Virus record (IMG/VR): IMGVR_UViG_3300031998_000010
Strand: one strand, 5' to 3'
DNA: 64,000 bases
DNA from: a virus
Lineage: Duplodnaviria; Caudoviricetes
The translations under genes and the position numbers were made by a program. Position 1 is the first letter of the stretch, and each line of letters starts with the position of its first letter. Positions 57,698 to 64,000 of the stretch are shown here, in pieces. The notes beneath the pieces are model-generated. The model was not told where the DNA came from. It saw only the letters and a program-made list of their open reading frames with translations, and searched no databases.

Positions 57698-59295
57698 CAA
57701 ACTTCGTATTTACATTTATTTGGAAATTTTTCTTCAAAAATATCAATCAATTCCTGTCTAGATTTCTTATAATCTTTTATCTTATCTGAATCGTTGAGAC
57801 ATACAATTTGAAATTCACTGTTGATTATTGCAGGCCTGACATACGATAAATCGTTTTTGATATCTACATACAAAAATCTATGCAAATATTGCACATACTC
57901 TCCAGTTAGATACTGATAGTAAGAATAAATATGTTGGTTCACATTTGTTTTCTTACGTAGCATTGAAACAGATTGCGATAGTTTTTCTCCACATAATCCG
58001 CCAACTTTCTCTAATGTAGATTTAAGCATCGGAATTATTGTGTGTTCTGGCCTCACTATTTCGCCTGCAGGATATTTATCGTGATGAAGTGCATTACACA
58101 TCATATCAATCCCTGTCCTGCTTTGATGTTCAAACATGCTTGTTGGATTCATGTGTATGTGTTCTTGAAAGTAGATATGCGGTTTATCTCCTGTAAAGAA
58201 ATCACTTGCTCCCATTGGATTAAGAGGAAACATATCATCATTGAAATATATGAACTTTTCTGATAAATCAGGAATTCTCCATAAGAATGATTCAATAGTA
58301 CAACTATTAAATGTAGGAAAATATTGTTTAGGAATAAAATCAGAATGATAAACAATCTTAACCTTACTCGTATCTAACCATACAGGAATCTGACTCTCAC
58401 GAGCAACAATTAAGATTATTCGCTTCACAAAGGGCATGTATTCATCAATTCCGCGAATCAGATACTTCAATGTACCCCAAGAACGAAATCTAACTCCTGA
58501 AGCAGAGTAACTTCCTGTTGCTTTATTGAAATCAAGTATCCAATGTTTATCTGCACTATTCACATAAGGAATTACTGCGTCCATTGTGGGCTGCACATCT
58601 TCTTCTGTATATTCTCGCTTATTATTCATTCCCTCAAGTTGTGCATTTGTGAGCTTTCGCATGTAGTTCCAATCATATTCTTTTTCCTTAGCCCAAGTAG
58701 AAGGACATGCTCCAGGGCCTGTATATTTCAACGAAAATTCTTCAATGCATCCTTCAGGAAAATCATATGCTTTATCAGGGAATTGAGAAAAGCATTTTGC
58801 TACAAAGATATCGTCTTCAAAACCTTCTCCCCTTTCTGGGTCAATATCTGGCATATCTATTTTACTGTAGATAGCTTTTGATATTGCTAAAAACATCAAT
58901 GGACAACTTCTATGCCTAATTACTCCAATACCGTCAGGATGCTCATCTATTGTGTTAACATATAACTGAGGGTCAGCTTTCAATATACGACCATCATCAT
59001 CTAACATGATTAAGTAATCATATTTAGAATCTAAAAATTTTCTTCTGAGTTCTTTTCTTGCTCCAAGTATCCCGAGTTTGTCATAGTTATATATTGTGAT
59101 AGTATTAGGTGTAGGAGGTACCTGATAATTTTGCCAATTTTGTGCAATAATCATTATATCAATATCAGGCCATAATTCTCCTAATCTAAGTAATAACTCG
59201 GAGCAACGCCTGGAACGTTCTCTCCGAGTTTCAATATGATATTGACTATCATTATCTGGAAAGTATGAAATAATTCCAAATACTTTACGAATCAT
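57697..59295 (-). CDS. glycosyltransferase (GT-A-like) / Stealth-family hexose-1-phosphate transferase fusion
   Basis: N-terminal DYLIMLDDD; Stealth CR1 DAVIPYVN..D..W, CR2 LKYLIRGI..PTFNS..IE..LSEKFIYFNDDMF, CR4 CLND..FPNKCKYE. Confidence 0.85.
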   Translation of the reverse strand: MIRKVFGIISYFPDNDSQYHIETRRERSRRCSELLLRLGELWPDIDIMIIAQNWQNYQVPPTPNTITIYNYDKLGILGARKELRRKFLDSKYDYLIMLDDDGRILKADPQLYVNTIDEHPDGIGVIRHRSCPLMFLAISKAIYSKIDMPDIDPERGEGFEDDIFVAKCFSQFPDKAYDFPEGCIEEFSLKYTGPGACPSTWAKEKEYDWNYMRKLTNAQLEGMNNKREYTEEDVQPTMDAVIPYVNSADKHWILDFNKATGSYSASGVRFRSWGTLKYLIRGIDEYMPFVKRIILIVARESQIPVWLDTSKVKIVYHSDFIPKQYFPTFNSCTIESFLWRIPDLSEKFIYFNDDMFPLNPMGASDFFTGDKPHIYFQEHIHMNPTSMFEHQSRTGIDMMCNALHHDKYPAGEIVRPEHTIIPMLKSTLEKVGGLCGEKLSQSVSMLRKKTNVNQHIYSYYQYLTGEYVQYLHRFLYVDIKNDLSYVRPAIINSEFQIVCLNDSDKIKDYKKSRQELIDIFEEKFPNKCKYEV

Positions 59296-59298
59296 TAC

Positions 59299-59634
59299 TT
59301 ACTCCGGGTAGTCTTTAATAATCCACTTTAACTGCTGTGTAGTTTCTTTATTACAAAGAGGGCAAACACCGTTGACACTATCTACTTCTTGTTCGGAAGC
59401 AATCATTGCAGAAATAAAAATTCCTTTGCAATTTTCACATTCTGCAATAAGATGATTGACAATATTGTTTTCAATGTCTATTGCTTCGTCATCTTCTTCA
59501 ATATCATCTACTGTATCTTGAATGTCTTCAATGTTGTCTTGAATATTATCAAGCTGGTCACCTAAAGCTTGGTCATCAGCTTCAAAATCATCAAATTCAT
59601 CGGCAGCAAAAATTGAACGCCTTGTAATTTTCAT
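59299..59634 (-). CDS. acidic coiled-coil / zinc-ribbon protein with MKITRRSIFAA leader
   Basis: D/E-rich heptads, CENC..CPLC. Confidence 0.7.
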   Translation of the reverse strand: MKITRRSIFAADEFDDFEADDQALGDQLDNIQDNIEDIQDTVDDIEEDDEAIDIENNIVNHLIAECENCKGIFISAMIASEQEVDSVNGVCPLCNKETTQQLKWIIKDYPE

Positions 59635-59661
59635 ACTTAGACCTCCTATAGATTCATACTT

Positions 59662-59910
59662 CTATAAAAGGTTGTTAAATGTGCATAGACCACATGCGCC
59701 TTGGTTAAAATATGAACAATTGGTTCTATCTGCAAAAGGACACTTATCCGTAGAAGTACTTGATTCTGATGCTTTTCTAATAGAATATATTTTCTGGTCA
59801 ACTAAATGAAATTTTTCATACAATTTAGAATCAGGTGTGAATTTAACAAGGACTTCATCAAGAGCCATTTCAATAAGAAATAATTCTTCGTGAGATAATT
59901 CAACTGTCAT
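59662..59910 (-). CDS. small Cys-containing hypothetical protein
   Basis: GGAGGT RBS. Confidence 0.7.
   Translation of the reverse strand: MTVELSHEELFLIEMALDEVLVKFTPDSKLYEKFHLVDQKIYSIRKASESSTSTDKCPFADRTNCSYFNQGACGLCTFNNLL
59668..59673 (-). promoter_or_regulatory. class B motif AACCTT
   Basis: CAACCTTTTATAG upstream of ATG 59634. Confidence 0.55.
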
Positions 59911-59922
59911 GTTATACCTCCG

Positions 59923-61836
59923 TCAAATATTGAACCTTGCTCTGAAATCTGCTTCTGTTATCTTTTCAATACCAAGCTGTGTAGCTTTTTTATTCTTTGA
60001 ACTTGAGCTATCAGGGTCATCAGTAATCAAGTATTTTGTATCCTTGGTAATATCTCCGACTATGAATCCCTTGTTATTAAGAAGCTGTTCAAATGATTTC
60101 CTCGGAATACTTAACGAACCCGTAATTGCTACCTTAATTTTTGAATTATTACTGTTTTCATTGTCAAATACTAAATTTTCCTTTATTAAATTCAATCTCT
60201 TAAATTTGTCAATATGTTGAATGATTGAACGAGAATTAGCATCACCTAATCTATAAGCCATATTATAAGGAATTTCGCCATTCATCAATTTGACTACATC
60301 TTCAGGATAATGAGATAATAAATCGGCAGTAGCGTCACCTAATCTAGGAATATTAAGAGCCTTGAGAGCAGATATAATAGAAACTTTATTCTTGTACAAA
60401 CCATTGAGCATCTGTGCAAATAATCTATACTGAGCACCAATTATCTGGTCACCTGAAGAGAATCTTGCGGCCATAATAAGATGGTCGTTCTTAGGGTCAT
60501 ATACAGATTCAATGGATATGTTGTCCTTCAAAAATTCTGTAAAGAACTTCAACTTCAAAATATCCCCAAGTCCATCAATAGGTGCTATATTATTACACCA
60601 TACAAGCAAATCTTGAATCTGAATATCTCTGCAATCAGGATTAGGACACTTGAGGTGAACACCTTCTACTGTGAGAGCAGTTCCACAGCAAGGGCAAGTA
60701 TCCGGAACTTCAGGTGCAACTGGCTTAAGTGTTTCTTCAATATAAGGAATGACTTCTCCGCTTCTAAGCATTCTAACTCTTGCCCCTACACCCCAACCAT
60801 TCATTGTGACCATCTTTGCATTACAGCCGGCACATTTCTTGACGGTAGCTCCTGACAACTGAATAGGCTCGACATGAAGAATTGGAATCAAATATTTCAT
60901 CTTACTAAGATTCCACTCAATTCCTGTTATTGTAGTTACTGCAGATTCTGCTTTGAACTTAAATGCAGAAGCATTATAGGAGATATTAGTACCTACTTCA
61001 GCTTGATTAAATGTGATATCATTAGAAGTGATAACAAGCCCATCTGCTGGATAATGTGTATACCAACTTCCTTTTAAGGATTTCATATCATTTTCAAACT
61101 GTTCGAGATTTGAGTACTCCCGAGATACCATACATACAACATTTCTGAAATTAGCAACTAACCAGCTATGCATTGATTCATAATCTGAGAAAGGATAAAG
61201 AGGAAAAGGATATGATTGATTTGATTCAATTCCAATAGCTGTATAAACAACTACTGTTAGATATCTGAGGTCGTCGCTTACTTCTTTCATGCCAATCAAC
61301 CCTGCAGTAGAATTTCTAGGATTCTTTGCATCTTCATGTGTCAGTGAGAACTCTTCAAACTTATCTAAAGACATCAATATCTCGCCTCTAACTGCACCTG
61401 TAAATTCTTTATCTTCAAGAGTGAAGTACTCGGGAACTATTCTATGTATCTTGTCAGTAATGTCAATTCCAATGTTACCATCACCTCTAGTTAGGGCTTG
61501 ATACATTACACCATTTCGATAATACATCGCACAGCTTAAGCCGTCTAACTTGAGCGTTACGCAAGTTTTCTTATCTCTCAGTCCTTTAGGAAATTCATCC
61601 CAACTATGACACTTAGGCAAGCTTCCAACTACACCATATTTATGAGGAAACTTGTCTCCTGAAGTGCTTGAAATATCATAACCATGACCAACTGACAATA
61701 GAGGAGAATTTGGATTCTCAGCCCGTTCCTCTTCAATCAATGCATCAAATTCAGCATCAGAAAGCGGAGATGTTCCGTTGGAATAGTACTTCTGTGATGC
61801 TTCTTTGATTAGTTTCTGTCTTGTTTCAGTATCCAT
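59923..61836 (-). CDS. ligA: NAD-dependent DNA ligase
   Basis: YY..G..SDAEFD, KLDGLS adenylation motif, TRGDG, NPRN..AG, RSGEVIP, zinc finger CPCC..CPNPDC, BRCT VAITGSL. Confidence 0.93.
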   Translation of the reverse strand: MDTETRQKLIKEASQKYYSNGTSPLSDAEFDALIEEERAENPNSPLLSVGHGYDISSTSGDKFPHKYGVVGSLPKCHSWDEFPKGLRDKKTCVTLKLDGLSCAMYYRNGVMYQALTRGDGNIGIDITDKIHRIVPEYFTLEDKEFTGAVRGEILMSLDKFEEFSLTHEDAKNPRNSTAGLIGMKEVSDDLRYLTVVVYTAIGIESNQSYPFPLYPFSDYESMHSWLVANFRNVVCMVSREYSNLEQFENDMKSLKGSWYTHYPADGLVITSNDITFNQAEVGTNISYNASAFKFKAESAVTTITGIEWNLSKMKYLIPILHVEPIQLSGATVKKCAGCNAKMVTMNGWGVGARVRMLRSGEVIPYIEETLKPVAPEVPDTCPCCGTALTVEGVHLKCPNPDCRDIQIQDLLVWCNNIAPIDGLGDILKLKFFTEFLKDNISIESVYDPKNDHLIMAARFSSGDQIIGAQYRLFAQMLNGLYKNKVSIISALKALNIPRLGDATADLLSHYPEDVVKLMNGEIPYNMAYRLGDANSRSIIQHIDKFKRLNLIKENLVFDNENSNNSKIKVAITGSLSIPRKSFEQLLNNKGFIVGDITKDTKYLITDDPDSSSSKNKKATQLGIEKITEADFRARFNI

Positions 61837-61859
61837 ATTTATTACCTCCTACAATATAT

Positions 61860-61866
61860 AACGATT
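61860..61866 (-). promoter_or_regulatory. class A motif AATCGTT(A)
   Basis: Upstream of the ligA AGGAGGT RBS. Confidence 0.7.
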
Positions 61867-61872
61867 ATCATA

Positions 61873-63999
61873 TTATATATTGATATCTGTTACCTGTGTG
61901 AACATTTCATTAGTAATCTGCTGAGGTTCACCATCATTAATCCACATGGTACCACAAATCAGATTATTATTTTTCTGTCCATTTATAACTCCCGAACCTC
62001 GCTGTAAATCTCCTAATTTCAAGATGCCTTGCTGAATATCTTCCCAACATTCTTTGTTAAAATTAGGACGCATTGCAAGTGATACTTTATCTTCACCTAA
62101 GGTCTTTTCTACTACAAATTTAGGACTATATTTTAATGCGAACTTATCATTTTCTTGAACTATGCGAAACTGTAAAACACCTGTACAATTTCCAAAAGAT
62201 AGCGGATGTTTATAAGTATAATAATTACCTCGTTTTGTAGGAGTTATATCAATACTGCACATCAGCTTATTTGAATCGTCAGACAAGTATGCAAGATATT
62301 CAAGAGCATGAACTGCATTTTTGAATGTTTTCTTATCAAATGTTTTGCTATCTGATACTAAATGACCATCTAACAAAATTCTACCTCTGTAGATATCATT
62401 TTCACATATAGGATTCCCATCTTCGATAGTAACTAATATCTTTCCAATACCTTTAGCGCTTACACCGAGTGTATTACCAGATATGTCATTCAATACATTA
62501 ATCTTGCGTAAGGATACTAGATTGCTAGCAGATGCACCTATAGATGCAAATAATTTTGTTACATTTTTCTTAGGTCTATTTTTTAATTTATCTTCAGCTG
62601 ATTTAGGCGGACGAATATTCCTGTAGAAATTATCAGGCAGTCCTAATTCTTTAGCAATAAATGTTTTAATGCGAACAGTTATATCATAATCTGCACCTGA
62701 TACTATACCAATAGAATTAACAGGAAATTTCAATAATGATTGAGATTTATTGTAGTAAACTTTAATATTCTCCCCTGCAGTATCTGCATGTGAACTGATT
62801 CTAGATAATACTTTATCTTCAGGCCAATTTGATTTGAACTGCTTCTCGATATACTCACAGCTGAATTGCAAATTCATCTGCTTAGGTTGCATACATGCCA
62901 TAACAGGTTTACCATTATACTTCTTTGAGAATTCTCTGTATGCGTTTCCTAAATTCTGTCGAACATACAACGTGTTTATGAATGTACTCAACTTCACCTT
63001 AGATTGCTCAATATCATCTATAATATTTACTACTAAGGGTTCATTTGCATAATCAAAAAATCTAATTGTGGATGCATCATGTTTAAGTACGATAGCAGGA
63101 TTGAAATTAGAATACCTTGCTATACATTCATCTTTATATTTATTTAAGATATCCATGACATCATTCTTCTTTGATTTAACAGCCGTAGCTTTATTTATCC
63201 TTGCTAGTAAATCAAGCAATTCTGATTTTGATTTACTTTCATTTATCATATTGCCAGAATTATCAAGCGGCACTACTATCTTGATATTCTTAACTGGAAT
63301 TGATTTATTATTAATTACAGTAATATTGAATACACGAGCATCAAGATTAAAATTCAGCTTATACGGGGAAGTATTTGATTCATTCCACATATCTGTTAGC
63401 GTAGTTTCAACAAGGTATGCATTATACTTGAACAAATCTCTTGTATATTTACGATAATCAATTGCATAATCAGATAAGAGTGAAAGATACATCTTTGCTA
63501 CATTTAAGCAATTTGATTTAGAATAATAAGGGTCGACATCTATATTATCTTTCAGCATTTCAGCCATTGATTGCACAGTCTTTATTGCAAAAATATTATC
63601 TTCACGAGCATAGTTAGGATATGAAGAATAAAATTTTGCAATAGTTGTTATCTTATCAAAGTTTTCTGATTTCTGTAATAAAAATTTACTAGCCCACTGA
63701 GTTTGAGATATATCATCATAACTATCAAGTATCTCTATTACCTGTTTGCAACAAACTTTTATGTTATTTGTTGTCTTATTGAATATGCAATATAATGCTA
63801 GATAATCTAGCAGGTTGTAATCTGCAAAATATTGAGGAGATACTTTGCCTTCATGTTCAATTACATTTGAAATCTCTTTCATGAGGTCAAAGTATGAAGT
63901 ATCAAAATGTTCTTTTATACAAGAGGAACCTACCTGATACATTTTATCTGGAGTATCAGCTCGTCTTATATAAAATAACTTATTTCGGTCTCTACTAGT
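61873..63999 (-). CDS. large hypothetical protein, 5' end outside the window
   Basis: The frame stays open upstream of the ATG at 63942 to the window edge (TSRDRNKLFYIRRADTPDKMYQVGSSC). Confidence 0.75.
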   Translation of the reverse strand, partial: TSRDRNKLFYIRRADTPDKMYQVGSSCIKEHFDTSYFDLMKEISNVIEHEGKVSPQYFADYNLLDYLALYCIFNKTTNNIKVCCKQVIEILDSYDDISQTQWASKFLLQKSENFDKITTIAKFYSSYPNYAREDNIFAIKTVQSMAEMLKDNIDVDPYYSKSNCLNVAKMYLSLLSDYAIDYRKYTRDLFKYNAYLVETTLTDMWNESNTSPYKLNFNLDARVFNITVINNKSIPVKNIKIVVPLDNSGNMINESKSKSELLDLLARINKATAVKSKKNDVMDILNKYKDECIARYSNFNPAIVLKHDASTIRFFDYANEPLVVNIIDDIEQSKVKLSTFINTLYVRQNLGNAYREFSKKYNGKPVMACMQPKQMNLQFSCEYIEKQFKSNWPEDKVLSRISSHADTAGENIKVYYNKSQSLLKFPVNSIGIVSGADYDITVRIKTFIAKELGLPDNFYRNIRPPKSAEDKLKNRPKKNVTKLFASIGASASNLVSLRKINVLNDISGNTLGVSAKGIGKILVTIEDGNPICENDIYRGRILLDGHLVSDSKTFDKKTFKNAVHALEYLAYLSDDSNKLMCSIDITPTKRGNYYTYKHPLSFGNCTGVLQFRIVQENDKFALKYSPKFVVEKTLGEDKVSLAMRPNFNKECWEDIQQGILKLGDLQRGSGVINGQKNNNLICGTMWINDGEPQQITNEMFTQVTDINI

Positions 64000-64000
64000 C

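Noticed and set aside
172-63457. Many plus-strand and alternate-frame ORFs in the track (for example 172-420, 18608-18955, 47161-47529, 60481-60855, 63068-63457)
   Set aside because: They are shadows of well-supported minus-strand genes, with no RBS or recognisable motifs
1-64000. Alternative genetic code (stop-codon reassignment) as in some large gut phages
   Set aside because: Genes are full length and tightly packed under the standard code, and no suppressor tRNA was seen

Overview
This AT-rich (roughly one-third GC) window looks like part of a large lytic dsDNA phage genome, probably infecting a Firmicute (strong GGAGG RBSs, sigmaA-type promoters). Almost all genes are on the minus strand. 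It holds a replication module (primase, DnaB, DnaC-like loader, AT-rich candidate origin) and a single plus-strand sigma-factor-like gene. Two blocks of tail/virion genes lie at about 10.4-17.8 kb and 28.7-44.2 kb. Accessory genes include an amidase with two CxxCxxCC proteins, NUMOD4/HNH proteins, a VUT-family transporter with a riboswitch-like leader, a repeat-delimited small-ORF array, 3D-domain proteins, tRNA-Gln, SNF2 and UvrD helicases, AhcY, SDR, HD, ParB-like and PRTase proteins, a GT-Stealth fusion and an NAD-dependent ligase. The strongest unexplained signal is regulatory. Two recurrent minus-strand motifs sit at gene starts: AATCGTTA before 15 non-structural units and AACCTT-N-TMTA before 9 mostly structural units. 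They are interlocked with terminator and SD-occluding hairpins. A shared MK(I/R)Y..I-x-(A/S)-(A/S) N-terminal leader occurs on unrelated, mostly late proteins. A perfect sigmaA promoter drives a roughly 120-nt RNA with interlocked helices. All functional calls come from motif recognition by eye; no database searches were run.
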